A DNA stretch of 64,000 nucleotides. Source: Phoronis australis. Lineage: Eukaryota; Animalia; Phoronida. The stretch lies in assembly GCA_002633005.1 (NCBI GenBank), contig NMRA01000007.1, positions 2,129,977 to 2,193,976 of the forward strand, written 5' to 3'. Shown here one piece after another: positions 37,401 to 52,400 of the stretch (the stretch's first letter is position 1; each line of letters opens with the position of its first letter). The position numbers and the translations under genes were made by a program. The notes beneath the pieces are model-generated. The model made no database searches. It saw only the letters and a program-made list of their open reading frames with translations, and had not been told where the DNA came from.

Positions 37401-40400
37401 TTCAAAGTGATTGAAAATTGGAGCGACAAATTGGTTAGCAGAGCATAATTGGAATAAAAATAAGTAATTCACTTTGAATAACAAAAGTTTAACTTCCGCC
37501 ATTGAGCAAGTCACACAAGCACTTATTAAGTAACTTCATAAGCATTACCTGGAGCGCTTTTCTGACCACATCTGACACAGATTTCAACACAGAATGCAGG
37601 AGGTCAAGAAGAATTTGTAACACCGGTAGTGCAGCCTTTTGGTCGGGGCGCTCATCAGGGTCCAGAGAAATGGTCGCCAAGTCAGTAAACACATTGATCA
37701 CATGATCAACCAACCCTGTTCGAAATTTGGGGTCCAAATTCATTTCACAATCACCAAAATTTGAGGAACATGAGCTCAAACACATGACAAAACAAATTTT
37801 GACATTACTAGACAAGGACTGATAATGAATAAGGCTAAAAACACTCCTCCCTCAAGACAACAAACTGTAATATTGCAGGACAAATCACCATGTAGCCCTA
37901 TGACTGCAAATTACATTCCCTCCACTGCCATCAAATTTTACATAGTAAAGCCTAACTAAACTGACCATTTGTACCGCTAAATCGACGCTCACAGAAGGAA
38001 GACACATCATACACGTCCTTCAAAACCGCATCCACCTTCACTAATGACCAGATAACTTCAAATACAAAATTGACGTAACAGTGCGACCCTATTCTGCAAT
38101 AGCACTGTACTATCTAGTGAATCAAAGAGTGCGTCTAGACAGAAATACCTTGATTGTACAAGTCGGTCAGATCCGTGTCCCTGTGAGTTATCAGTACATT
38201 CAGGACACTGACCACACTGGACATAGTAGAGCTGGTGGGGTTACCTTGGTGATCAACGAGCACCTGAAACACCACGGCGACCAGGCCTTGCCCCTGCATT
38301 TGTCTAAACAAAGGAATAAATCAAAAGAAAAAAGTTCACAAAAATAAGACCAGTGAAGAATACAGCGCACTGCTTTTGCAAGGTACTCCTTTCATTTTTA
38401 CTTTTTGACGGAGTTATGAAAGGATTCTTAAACTAGAACAGGTCAACAACAGATACGAGCAAACAACTCAGAACAAACCATTTGTTTTTCATTCACTGAA
38501 TGAAAACCTACCGCAAGAACTTTTCAATTTGTGATGCTTTTCAATTCTTAAAGGTCTATTACATTGCCAAAGGCTCAAAAAATTTTCAAATGTTGCTAGG
38601 TACAGTTCTTACCATACAAACACTGGGAAGATTATTAAAAAATAAAATTTCTTTATCAATGTTTATATATTAAAAATTCTATTATGTCCCAAAACGTGTC
38701 CTAAATTGACGAAGATTTACCATAAATTTACTGCCATTCAACTATATTAAGAGCTTGAAAAACACAATGAAGAAAACTCAGGACATCCAGTCCCTAAAAT
38801 AATTTGACAGCTGAGTCAGGCTCACTTTACAAATGCAGGTTGCTGCTCCAGTAGAGCCAACAGAAGCTTGAGACCATAGGATGGCAGGGGGTCTTGGTCC
38901 AACAGGATCTGTTCAAACCTGAAAGCGTGATATGTCAACTCAAGTTAAATAATATCTCCACTTCATCAATAATTAATTCTTTTCAAACCATATTATGCCT
39001 ATTTAAATGGAAACATTGATTTCAACGTCTCATAGAATGAATTACCAGGTTCACTCAAATCCAAACATGACTCAGCACAAGCAGGCATGCAAGAGACATC
39101 AAGTGCAATGCTTGAAGTCAACACAGCATTCCAAGCCAGCCCTTGCGTGTGAGAATCCATGATAAGAACCATTGTGCTAACATTGTCATCCTAAAAGTAC
39201 TATGCAACTGACCCCAGCCACAGCTCCTTAACATGACTCATGAAGGCAGTGGTGAAGTCTGAACATGAAAAATTCTCAACTTCCTGTCAGTTACAACATT
39301 TTTGCTGCTGCATAAAAAGCACTGTCACCTTTGCAACAGTGTTCCAACGACCATCACTGCTATGACCGAACAAATGACCTGTTATAAAACGGGCCTAGGA
39401 AACTTACTGTGGCAGTATCAAGGACTCAACAATCTGATGCAGCTTCTTGCTCCAATCCTTTCTCCCGCTGAATTCTTCGTCTTTGAGGAACAACGACGAC
39501 ATGTCGGTAAAGAGACGCAGGCTTGTTGCACGTGTCTCACCTATGGCACAATGCGAATTACATAAAACACATAACTACAAACAACTCACGGGATAAAACC
39601 AGAGTTATCCATCAAGGGTACTGTCAGTAGTGAACAGCCGAGTGATAATCCTGTTTTTGTTCTGAGGTGCCAATCAAACACAACCAGCTGTTTCTATTGG
39701 ATCACACTAAAAATTAACTATCACTGGTTGTTATCGCCCATAAATCAACTATGATATTTTCAAGTGCAAATCACACCTTTCCAATCATTACAAAATGTTT
39801 TGGGCATCTCAGTTAATCTAATAAAATTTTAACAATGCATAAAGGAAACAATAACCGAAAACCAAACATCCAGTCTCCCAACAATAACAGTGTCCCTTTT
39901 TAATTACAGCATCACTTGTTGATTACAAGCAATCCTGACAAACAATAAAGTTTGATTTTTAATCACGCTTCAAACTGCTAGCGTGATTGTGACGGACAAA
40001 AGTAGTGGCCAGCCACACATTAGTTCCTGGCCAATCACACGCCAGTTATTTGCAATCAAAACCATTCTGAATTGCATTCAGGTTCAAGTGTTACCGTAAC
40101 AAATTTATAATGGCAACCATTTCATCTAATCTCTCATTTTAGGGGGAAATTGAATTCGTATTATGGTGGCAATGTGATTACAAGAAACACATATTATGAA
40201 AGAGTTTACAGCCACAGGAAAGTTATGAAATGTCTCACCATTTGAACTGGATATCATGACAGCCAGTGGAGGAAGAATTGCATCGATGACTATGCTGGAA
40301 TGTTCCATGATGATTTGGGGATGTAAAGAGAGAGATTCAATGATTGACACCACAGTACGTAAGAAGTCTTCAGTGAGAGAGGTACCTTTAACAAGGAGAA

Positions 40401-43400
40401 ATAAGTAGTCAAAACTAAAATAATTAATTATTATGTTAGTCAGAGAATAAAAGATCAAAATGCTAAATTGACAAGGTTACATAATAAAGCATTAAGCTAC
40501 TTGGCAATCAAATTGTCAAATTACACAGGTATAGCAATTATAGCACAAGGATAAATATCTGTCTTTCTCTATTCCACAACAGCAAAAGCAAAGCGTTGAA
40601 ATGCACCCATCACTGCATTGCAAATGGCGTGCTTCTAGGTGTGTTGCTTAGTATTATAACAAGAGCAACGCGGAGCGTTGAAATGCGTCCACGAATGCAC
40701 CGCTAACGGTGTGCTTCTGGGGCTGTTTATTTGGAACATAAAAAATTGCAACCAAATTGCACAAAATATGTCGAATCTATCTGAGAACTTGTGTCATCAA
40801 AGCTATTTACCAAATTTCATAAAAATCTGTCAAGGAACTTCTGAGAAAACAGAGGAAAATGAAAAAATGAAATTGCCACTAAGACGCTATAAGAGCAAAA
40901 AAACATAACTGCCACAAAGAGGCACCAAAGTAAATAAAGTCACCGGAAAATCATCGTCAGACTTCCTTTTCCCATTAGGAACATAAATGCCAATTTCCAC
41001 AACCATCCTTAGAGTGGTTTGGTTGACAGAAACGCAGACGTCAAATAACAAGACTCGAAAACAGTAAAAATTGTCACAAGGTGGCGCAAAATGCCTCAAA
41101 TTTTACTGAAAAACAGATGACAGCGTCACCTCAGTAATAGATGTCTAACTGCCAAATTTTATGAAAATCCATTGACGATCCTTAAAGATACAGAGGTAAA
41201 CGTCAAAAACTTAACTTGCCACAAGGGGGCACAGTGGTAGTTGGATTGGTACAAAACTCGTCATTCGCCATCAACTTCTCAGGAACACATCTAACAAGTC
41301 TCATTAAGATCTTGCAAGGGATTTAGGAGATACAGCTGTCCCTGCAGAGACGACAACCATATGCACCCAAATATGTAAAGTCTATTTAATTCGCCCTCTG
41401 TAGTAGAGTTATCTCCCTTTACGATAGTGCTGAACATCATTGGGATACCTGTGCCTGGTTGCGTGAAACGGTTCCAAATAGGGACCCAACTACGATCTCT
41501 AAATCTTTTGCATAATTATTTGTTTCGTTCTGTACTCACAATTACTTTATCTTTATTTTCTTATAATGTAACTGAAAACCGAGCCCTTAATTGAGTCAAA
41601 ATAATTAGAGACTTAGTCCTTAAATTAGGGGCATTACACGAAAAGATTCCCATTTATTTTCGGTAATAGTAAGAATTCAAGGTAGACGTGACTCTTGATT
41701 TGTATCAAAGCCAGAAACGGACTTAGTAATGAGACTCAAACAGCTTAAGAAAGGACAATCAGTGTTTTCACAAGCCTACAAATATGCTGTAGATTTAGGG
41801 AACTTAGTTGAGACACCATTTGGGACTGTTTCATGCAACTGGGTACTTATGTTTTCAGCACCTCAATGGAAATAAGTCAGGTAATCACTGAATGGCATCT
41901 TCAGAATGGTAGTCTCCTTTGAATGGAGGGGAGAAAGGTCTATAGGTCTGTGCATTACAGGTGGTTTTGCATGATTGTTATAAAAAGCAAACACACGAGG
42001 ATATCAAAAACTTTAAAGTTTAAGACAAGACAAAACCGGCATTAAGCAATTTATTCACATTCATACTAATCCATTTGCAAAGAAGAGGCAAATTTTAGAT
42101 AAGACGGAAGTTTGCAAATAAGTATACATCTTGGCAAATGAAAAAATTACTCATGACAAATGAAAATGAAAGAAACATAGTTACCCAGTTCTGATAATCC
42201 GAAAGTCCGTGGTACACAAAAATGTGCAAGCAAAGGAAAACAAACAAAAGAACAGATAATTATGTAAACTAAATTTCGAACAATCTTATTTTATGCAAAT
42301 TAAACAATTCATTATTTTAACCTATATCACACATTAAGACTATCACCGAAATGAAATGGTTAAAACAATGCCTTCACACACTATTCGACACACACAGAGG
42401 CAAATATGTGGATAGAATTAAATAAAGCAGACAACCAAACTAGAGTGAAAAAGTGACCCTGCTGTGACGTGACAGCAGGTTCCAAAAACAACCAAATAAT
42501 GTTTCACTTTGCACTGAAAGTTACAAACTCAGTAAACTCAACAAAACACAAAATAACACCACTCAACCAATGCCCCAGAGAAAAAAAAGATCTCACCAGC
42601 TGAAGTCTCAATGCAGGTCTCTCCTGAGTCAATCGACTGCACATGGTTAAGGAATGTGGCAACATGACGCATGAATTCGCTGGTGACGATGCGCGGACGG
42701 AACACTTGACTCGTCACCAGGTGTAGCAGACAAGACATGACGGGAACGTGTGCCCTAATCTGTTTGGCTTGGACAGTTGATGGGTGTTTGCGGCCATGCA
42801 CGGACTCGAGTGATTCCAATGCTTGCTCTTGAAACAAAACCACGCATACCATGAGTCTGTGAAAGGCTACCGCGTGCCTTAAAGGGGAAGGCAACCTTTT
42901 TTCATGTCATTTTTAGCAAAAATAAGGTTCATTGATTATCCCAGACATATTTTTCACTTAATTACAGCTTTTCCGCAATTTAATTAATAATTCGTCCTCT
43001 ACTCCAGAAGTGACGTTTTGGGAGGCAAGAATTTCTTTTCATATAGTCCAACTATGAGAGCTGTCGAGTCAGTCGTTGTTCTACCTCGGTTGTGATAAGT
43101 TCGGTCGTCGTTTGCTTTCGTTTACGAGTCAGTCAACATGCCACACTTTTGCTGTGTACCTGGATGTACTCATTATAGCCCAGAGCCTGTAAGCAGCCCT
43201 GCTGCGATGTTGAGTAGTGAGAGTGCATACAGGCCTAGTTAGACTGCGAGTGAACAGGACAGTTTGTCGTCCAATGAACAGATCGGTGAACCTAACATGG
43301 TCAAGTTTATTGTGGACTTGTCTAAAGTATTGGAGCTATTTAGAAGGTGCCAGGTGTATGGCAAGGGAGCCAAAACGTCACTTCCGAAGTAGCAGACGAG

Positions 43401-46400
43401 TAATTGTTTAAATTACAAAAAGCTGTAAATAACTGAAAAATGTCTGGGATAATTAACAGACCTTATTTTTGCTAAAAATGATATGAAAAATGGTTGTCTT
43501 CGACTTTAATTTGGATATGAAACGAAGTCGACACAAAGACATAATCTGCTCACAGATCTCTTGAGCCCAATGTTAATTTTCAAAGTCTGGCTGTGTGAAA
43601 ACAACTATGTTCAGTGACTGATTAGAATCTCTAAAACATTGTCACATTTTGTAAATTGAAACATCAGAATGTAAAATCTCCAAATTCTGCTAGACGTAAA
43701 ACACAGCAATGCTGCTGAACAGTACAGTAGTCTCTACTAAATTAGCACAAAAACAACTGCCAAAGGCTGATTACATACTGCATATAATGGAAAATGTACC
43801 ATAACTTGTTTTGTGATATCCACACAGCACGAACTGTGAAGAAATTTGACAAAGTAGTCACTTGTTGACCATACGGTTTGCTGTGCTAAGAGAAAGAATT
43901 AAAAATGTGCTTTTCATAAAAATCATGTCATAAAACACACACTCCTCTAGTTTTCAAACTCAATTGCAAAAATGGCATACTTATTATGTTAGGCACCAGT
44001 CCTTCGATACCTTCCATCAGCAGCAGGAGACAATCAGAATGGTACTCCGTCTGCTTGTGAATGTCTGCTTTACTTGAAGGCTGCTTCCTGCTGTCCCTCT
44101 CAATGTACATCACAAGTCTACGCAACAAATGACTATTATCATACACTTCCTGAAGTAGGCAAATACCAAGTGGGAATACATCGTGAGAAATGGTTGACTT
44201 GAACTATTCTTTACCATTACTTGTTTGGATAACGCGACCATTCTGTTGAAGCACGAGAAAACATGATTTCACTAAACCTTCCACAATTTACATCTACTAT
44301 TTAATATTGTTGCATTCAGTTTCTAGGTGGTTATTATTTCTCCAACTCCATGGTCATATTCAGAAAACAAATTGAAAACAAAACGAGAGAGTTTGCCCGC
44401 AAATTAAAATTAAAAAATTTTGGATTTCATTGAATGATTTCCATTACAGTCACCTGTTCTGACAGGCAGCCAGCGCCATCTCTTGGTTGCACTTGATGAC
44501 CTCAAGGAGGACCAAGAATGACTTGGCCCTGATCACCATATTGGGACTCTCCAGCAGTCGCATCACGCGAAACACGAAGTCCTATGGCAAAAAACATCGA
44601 ATGACTATAAAAAAGTTTGTCAAGTACAGAACTAATGATATGTTCTACAGGTGGGGCATATGAGCTTGTTCTTTCTCTGCACTCAAATATTTTGGGAATT
44701 TCCGAAACATCCCCCTCATATTGGCCATGGTACCAGCTATGAATTCCTGCATCTGCAATTAAGCTAATAATAGAGAAGTGTGGCTATGAATTAGTTGATA
44801 AGTAGTCAACAAGAAATGTTTAACAGACCATAGAATGACCAAAATTTTCTAATTCATTATAATTCATTATATCGCGGTAATCGCGTCCACATTTTCCTTA
44901 CATATGCCCCATGACCATTACACAAAACGATGCCAAACAAACCCCCTGTAGCAACTCTTGCTGGGTATTCTTTTGGAAATCCCGGGTACATTCTTTAAAC
45001 ACAGTCATGTTTACTTAATTCTCGCTGTCAAATAATAGTTGAATCTCTAAAGACAATAAAATGTAATGTGGTCGTTCTCAAAACACAATTTAGCTGTTTG
45101 TGTTGATTCTCAAAAGGCAATCGCAACACAATTTTGATTTAAATACTAAATTCCTCATACCTTGTCAGCTGTCAGCCTATGTAGGTGTGTCCCGGACGAT
45201 ATCAGAACTGCAAACATAGTGACAACAGCCTGCTGTACGCGAGTGATGCCAAGCGACAAGGCGTCCAGCACAGTTGCCAAGCCCACCTTGTCAATGATGC
45301 TTTGAAAGATGGCTACAGAATGCTTAGTCAAGCGACACAATGCCTGCAACAGAGCAGCTAAATTTTACACAACATGGACAATATAACTAAAGCTGAAGAG
45401 GCAAATGACGGGACGGGGCGTTTCATTGAAGTCACATCTAACACCGCCACATGTCTGATTAATCGGTGCTGAACTCATTGCACAGGCTTAGAAAAATGGT
45501 TGTTAAGTTTTAATACATTGCAATGATTCACTTAATCATGATCACTGGCTTACTGTCGTATTACCTACAACCAGACATCTAACCTTTAATGAAACAGATA
45601 ATGAAAGTCAATCTATGGTGTATTAAAAGTTATTGTGACCCTCAAACAACTAAATTAACAGGCAGTATGTAGCTGGGTCTAATTCAACCAACAAACCTCC
45701 TTTGACTTAGCGGTTCCTCCGACAGAAGCTTACCACTTACCAACATGGCTGTAATGCGGAGTGCATCGACTGTTGAGTGCTTGAATAGATACCAGAGCTG
45801 GAGGCCAGTCTCGTTGTTGACAAACCTCTGTACTAGAGAACCCATAGTAGCTGCCAGGTTCTCAACAACCTTTGCTGCATAGTGGTTTACTGTGGCGTCT
45901 TCCTGGAAACAAGAGACGAGCAGTTCAAAGCAAAGCACAACTGATGTGCTGGCATTTCCTATGTCTTTAGTAACAAGAGCAATGCGGGGTGTTGAAATAC
46001 GCTCACGACTGCACCGCAAACGGCGTGCTTCTAGGAGTGTTTATTTGATGGTGCAGAATACATTGAACCCATCCAAAATGAGAAGGTGTCGTCGTCTCTC
46101 AAAACTATTTGCCAAATTTCATGAAAATATGTCAAAGCACTCCAAAGATACAAAGGCAAACTTAAAAAAAAAAAAAATGCCATTAGAAACCTCAGTGGCA
46201 GTCGAATCCGTCCATCTGCTGTCAAGTTAATATGAACACCATAATTCCAAAATTCAAAAATATCTTTCAAGGGGTTTAGGAGATACAGCCGTAGATGCGA
46301 AAAAATGTCACCACTGGCACCACAGTAGTTGGACCCGCTTAAAAATCCATATCAATCAGGCTCTTGTCAGTAGGAGAAAATCAGTCAATTTTCATAACGA

Positions 46401-49400
46401 TCCTCTGCACAGTTCGGCAGGAACAGAAGCAGAAGACAAAAAGCTGACTAAAAACAATTAACATGGCCACTAAGTGGTGCAGAATACGTCGAATCCATCA
46501 CAAAAAGACAGCTGCTGTTGTCCTTGTAATAGAAACAAGTTTGCCAAATTTGATGACAAAGCATCAAGGAACTCTGAAGTTATAAAAAATTGCCACTAGG
46601 GAGCAAAGCTCAAGTTGGATTGGTCTGAAACTTGCTGCCATCTATTGCCATCTCCATACGAACACATCTGCTAAATTTCAGAAAGATCTTGCAAAGGGTG
46701 AAGAAGATACAGCTGTGGACGCAAAAAAATTGCCACTAGGGAGAGCCATATGAGAGTACGGTACTTGAAAATGACTGAAAATCAACATCAGCCTTGGTCT
46801 TCTCATCAGGAACACACTTCTAAATTTTAATAATGATCCTTCAAGCAGTTTGGTGGCTGGAAAGGGCGATTTCAAAAACGTAGCACTCAAAAATTTTTAA
46901 AATGGCACATTGTCAAATTCTTCCAAATACGAGAAGGCATCGTCGTCTCAATAGAAATATTTGCAAAATTTCATGATAATAGCAACGGTCACTATAAGTC
47001 GAACCTATCTGAAAACGGGAACATGTCACCATCTCTTTAATAGAAACATATTTATTTAATTTCATAAAACTCCTACAAGGTGTTTCAAAGATACATAGCA
47101 AAATGAAAAAATAAAATTGCCACTGAGAGGGCATAGCGGCAGTCAGATCTGTCCAAATGTCATTATTGTCCGTTGTCTACTTTGTATCACTACACTTGCC
47201 CCCTGCAGAGGGTTTGTGAGATACAACAATGGACGCAAAAAAAAACTGCAACTGGGAGGCGTCACAGTAATCCTAATCATCCAGAAATGATCACCAGTCA
47301 TCCTCTTCACAGTAGAAACATAAACGCCAATTTTCAAAATCATCCGTATTAGAGTGGTTTATTTGATAGAGGGGAGGATGCCAAAAAAACAGACTAGTAA
47401 ACAGTAAAAATGGCCACTAGATGGCACAAATATGTTGAATCCACTAAAAATGTGAACATGTCATCACTTCTTTAACTGAAAGGTATAATTACGTCAAGGA
47501 ACTTCCATGAAACAGAGGAAAATGGAAAAAATCAAATTGCCACTAGGGGACACAGCGTTTGTTGGATCCGTCCGAACGTTGTCATCATCCGTTGTCAACC
47601 TCATATAAATACACAAATTTAATAAAGATCCGGCAGAGGATTTAGTAGATACAGCCATGGGCGCAAAAAAACAAAAGAGCAACGCAGAGCGTTGAAATGC
47701 GCCCACAATTGCACCGCATACGGTATCCTTCTAGGGTTGTTTATTGGTACCATAAAGTGGCCAGTAGAGGGCATACTTTGCAAAATGGAAAGGCATGGTC
47801 ATTGTCTCCTCAATAGGCTAGGGGCAAAATGTGAGTAATCTTCATAATACAAGCACATCCTATACACCAGTTGCTTNAGCTGAAGAGGCAAATGACGGGA
47901 CGGGGCGTTTCATTGAAGTCACATCTAACACAGCCATATGTCTGATTAATCGGTGCTGAACTCATTGCACAGGCTTAGAAAAATGGTTATTAAGTTTTAA
48001 TACATTGCAATGATTCACTTAATCATGATCACAGGCTTACTGTCGTATTACCTACAACCAGACATCTAACCTTTAATGAAACAGATAATGAAAGTGAATC
48101 TATGGTGTATTAAAAGTTACTGTGACCCTCAAACAACTAAATTAACAGGCAGTATATAGCTGGGTCTAATTCAACCAACAAACCTCCTTTGACTTAGCAG
48201 TTCCTCTGACAGAAGCTTACCACTTACCAACATGGCTGTAATGCGGAGTGCATCGACTGTTGAGTGCTTGAATAGATACCAGAGCTGGAGGCCAGTCTCG
48301 TTGTTGACAAACCTCTGTACTAGAGAACCCATAGTAGCCGCCAGGTTCTCAACAACCTTTGCCGCATAGTGGTTTACTGTGGCGTCTTCCTAGAAACAAG
48401 AGACGAGCAGTTCAAAGCAAAGCACCACCGATGTGCTGGCATTTCCTATGTCTTTAGTGACAAGAGAAATGCGGGGTGTTGAAATATGCTCACGACTGCA
48501 CCGCAAATGGCATGCTTCTAGGAGTGTTTATTTGATGGCGCAGAATACATCCAAAATGAGAAGGCGTCGTCTCTCAAAATTATTTGCCAAATTTCATGAA
48601 AATCTGTCAAAGAGCTCCAAAGATACAAAGACAAACATAAAAAAAACAAACTGCCATAGAAACCTCAGTGGCAGTCGAATCCGTCCATCTGCTGTCAAGT
48701 TAATATGAACACCATAATTCCAAAATTCAAAACATCTTGCAAGGAGTTTAAGAGATACAGACATAGATGCAAAAAATATCTCTACTGGCACCACAGTAGT
48801 TGGACCCGCTTAAAAATCCACATCAATCATGCTCTTGTCAGTCAATTTTCATAACGATCCTCTGCACAGTTCGGCAAGAACAGAAGCAGAAGACAAAAAG
48901 CTGACTAAACAATTAACATGGCCACTAAGTGGTGCAGAATACGTCAAATCCATCACGAAAAAGAAAGCTGCTGTCGTCCTTGTAATAGAAACTAGTTTGC
49001 CAAATTTGATAAAAAAGCATAAAGGAACTCTGAAGTTGTAGATACAAATGTAAAAAATTGCCACTAGAGAGCACAGCTCTAGTTCGATTGGTCTGAAACT
49101 CGTCATAATCTGTTGCCATCTCCATACGAACACATTTGCTAAATTTCAGAAAGATCTTGCAAAGTGTAAAGGAGATACAGCCGTGGACGCAAAAAAATTG
49201 CCACTAGTGAGTGCCAGATGAGAGTACTTGAAAACGTCCAAAAATCAACATCAGCCTTGGTCTTCTCATCAGGAACACACTTCCAAATTTTAATAATGAT
49301 CCTTCAAACAGTTTGGTGGCTGGAAAGGGCATTTCAAAATCGTAATATTCAAAAATTTTTAAAATGGCGTATTGTCAAATTCGTCAAAATACGAGAAGAC

Positions 49401-52400
49401 ATCGTCGTTTCAATAAAAATAATTGCAAAATTTCATAATAACAACGGCCACTATAAGTCGAACCTATCTGAAAACGGGAACATGTCATCGTCTCTTTAAT
49501 GGAAACGTATTCATTAAATTTTATAAAACTCCTACAAGGTGTTTCAAAGATACATAGCAAAATGAAAAAATAAAATTGCCCCTGTGAGGGCACAGCGGCA
49601 GTCAGATCCGTCCAAATGTTGTTGTTGTCCGTTGTCTACTTTGTATCACTACACTTGCCCTCTGCAGAGGGTTTTTGAGATACAACCATGGACGCAAAAA
49701 AAAACTGCAACTGGGAGGCGTCACAGTAATCCTAATCATCCAGAAATGATCACCAGTCATCCTCTTCACAGTAGAAACATAAACGCCAATTTTCAAAATC
49801 ATCCGTATTAGAGTGGTTTATTTGATAGACGGGAGGATGCCAAAAAAAAACAGACTAGTAAACAGTAAAAATGGCCACTAGATGGCACAAATATGTTGAA
49901 TCCACTAAAAATGTGAACATGTCATCACTTCTTTAACTGAAAGGTATAATTACGTCAAGGAACTTCCATGAAACAGAGGAAAATGGAAAAAATCAAATTG
50001 CCACTAGGGGGCACAGCGTTTGTTGGATCCGTCCGAACGTTGTCATCATCCGTTGTCAACCTCATATAAGTACACAAATTTAATAAAGATCCGGCAGAGG
50101 ATTTAGTAGATACAGCCATGGGCGCAAAAAAACAAAACTGCCACTAAGAGGCACCACAGTAGTCAAAATTGTCAGAAAATTATCGTCAATCGCCCCCTTC
50201 ACAATAGACCAGATTCAAGCAGTCGCCTCACGCTAGACTTTAACAACTTACCCCTTCCCTCAGGCAACGCGTTACAATAGTAGTAGATGCGGTCGACACT
50301 GCCCAGTTGTCTACGCTAAATCCCTTGGCTTCTTCCTGCATTGCATAGTTACAAAGAATGACACAACATGCACTGCGCTGGGGAGCATTCAGTTACTTAA
50401 CATTAATGTCATGACAGTTTGGGGAGATCCCACAGGATCACGATGGGAGTATTGCAGCGAGTCCCCAGTACTTTGCAAGTAAGGTTGTGACTACTAACAC
50501 ATGCTCAAGTATTGGATGGCAACACTGCAACGTTAAAATGTTGACACTCAAAGCATTCATTATCTATGATGTGAATTTTTGTTTCTTCTGATTAGTGAGT
50601 CACCGGCATTAGTGAATGGCCCCTGTGTAAAACTATTAAAATAGCAACACAGATTGTCACCTGTTGGGAAATACCAACTGACAAAAATAGTGTAAAATAG
50701 TGTAACCAAAAGCTTTCCATAACATGACATTAAAGGTTATTCTTTTTGTCTTGACAGTCTTAAGTGATGGAGACTAAATTTTGTATGTTAATTTAAAACC
50801 TTCCTCTCACCTGGTTTGCCACAAGAAACAGTAGCTCTCCAAGCGCTGGCAAGAAAGCATGCTTCAGGCGGACATTGCGGAAATTGTCTCGCAAGACCTC
50901 AGTCAAAATACTGACCGGCTGTAACAAAACATACAAAGGTATTCATCGCGCAGGAGCTTCATGTTTATAACAATTTTAGATCACAATATACCAAAAATTT
51001 TCACTCCCCCATAGCTCAGCAATGTATGCAATACTTGCTTATAGTACTGGGTGGCCATGCTTTGCAATTCAGACTGTCCCAACTAAACTACGCTCATCTA
51101 CACAATGCCCCATTACACAAGAAAACCAGAAGTCAGACCAGGTGGGTTGCAATACCCCAAGTAGTAAACAGTGGTGGAAAGGTAATTCAACCAAGTATTT
51201 TACCTTGGATGGTTGGATTTTGCCTTCAAATTCTTTATATTTTGACAAACTCTAGCAAAATGTTTTCATAAGAATGTGTCGGACCTCAAATTGTTTACAG
51301 ATAGCCGCTTTAATTCTACACCCTCAATGAAAAATAAAAGCAACAAGTGTTGACCCGTGTCCACAATCCACAGTATACTATAAAAGGCATTTTCCTTGAC
51401 GTGCTTATCAGCTACATGTGTAATACAAGGACACAACAACTTGACTACAAATAAAAAGTTTAAAAAAATGAAGTTTTCAACTTTTGCAACAAAGAAATAA
51501 AACATGTCATAAAGAGACAAAACTAGGGATCGAAAAATTAGCAGATCTAGTCTACTTCTTTTCATACACAATTATGAGGTTTGGCAAATACAAATTAGAC
51601 ACAGAGTATCTCGGCAGGAAATTTTCCTTGAGATAAGTACCATTTGTTTCGAATGGCCTTAACATATAAATACTCCAACAGGCAGCAGGCTGATCTTGCG
51701 TCAGGCATCAGTTGATGTGAAGGATGACCCAGCCGGCAGTGAGGAAAGCACAAAAAGTCAACATTACAGGCTTCATATTCAAATCACCTAACGAAAATAT
51801 TCCTCACTGCCACAAGCCTGGGTCATCTTTTACATAAACTGACACCTGACGCGAGATCAGCCTGCCGCCAGTTAGAGCGTTCACCTATTAAGGCCATTAA
51901 AAACAAATGGCAAATTGCGTTCAACAAAACATGTTGCAAAATGACACAGTATTTGTTGGAATTCGCTCAAAATTGATTGGCGCCATTGCAATGCCATCAC
52001 ATACCTCTGCATAAAGTTTAAACGAAATCCGTCAACTGATCCCCTAAATAACATCCGAAAACAACTGGACCAAGGGTTTTTGAGATATCGAGCGGACACT
52101 CGGACAGGATGACCACATATATGCGGGCCAATGAAAACCATTCAACTCTTATTCGAGCACAGATTAGAAATTAGTTGAATCTCTCTTACAAGAAACGTAT
52201 TGGTAAAAGCACAACACATCCCTAAAGACCATCACAAACAAGGACAGCCTTACCTCTGACACTACTGTTTCTTCAGCTAACTCTGAAGTGTTACTTGCAG
52301 CTAGGCCAACGATTCGAGCCAGTTTGATTTTTCTAAAATACAAGAAGGAGAATGACCCCGTTTAGGTAAATACGACCAAAGAGAAGGCATACCTGACCTG

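Larger units (their letters stand above)
45391..50137. repeat. ~2.3-kb tandem segmental duplication (45391-47676 / 47878-50137) joined at a single 'n' (47877)
   Basis: Copies align with scattered SNPs and small indels; each contains one ULK4 exon and a HINE family A element. Confidence 0.92.
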
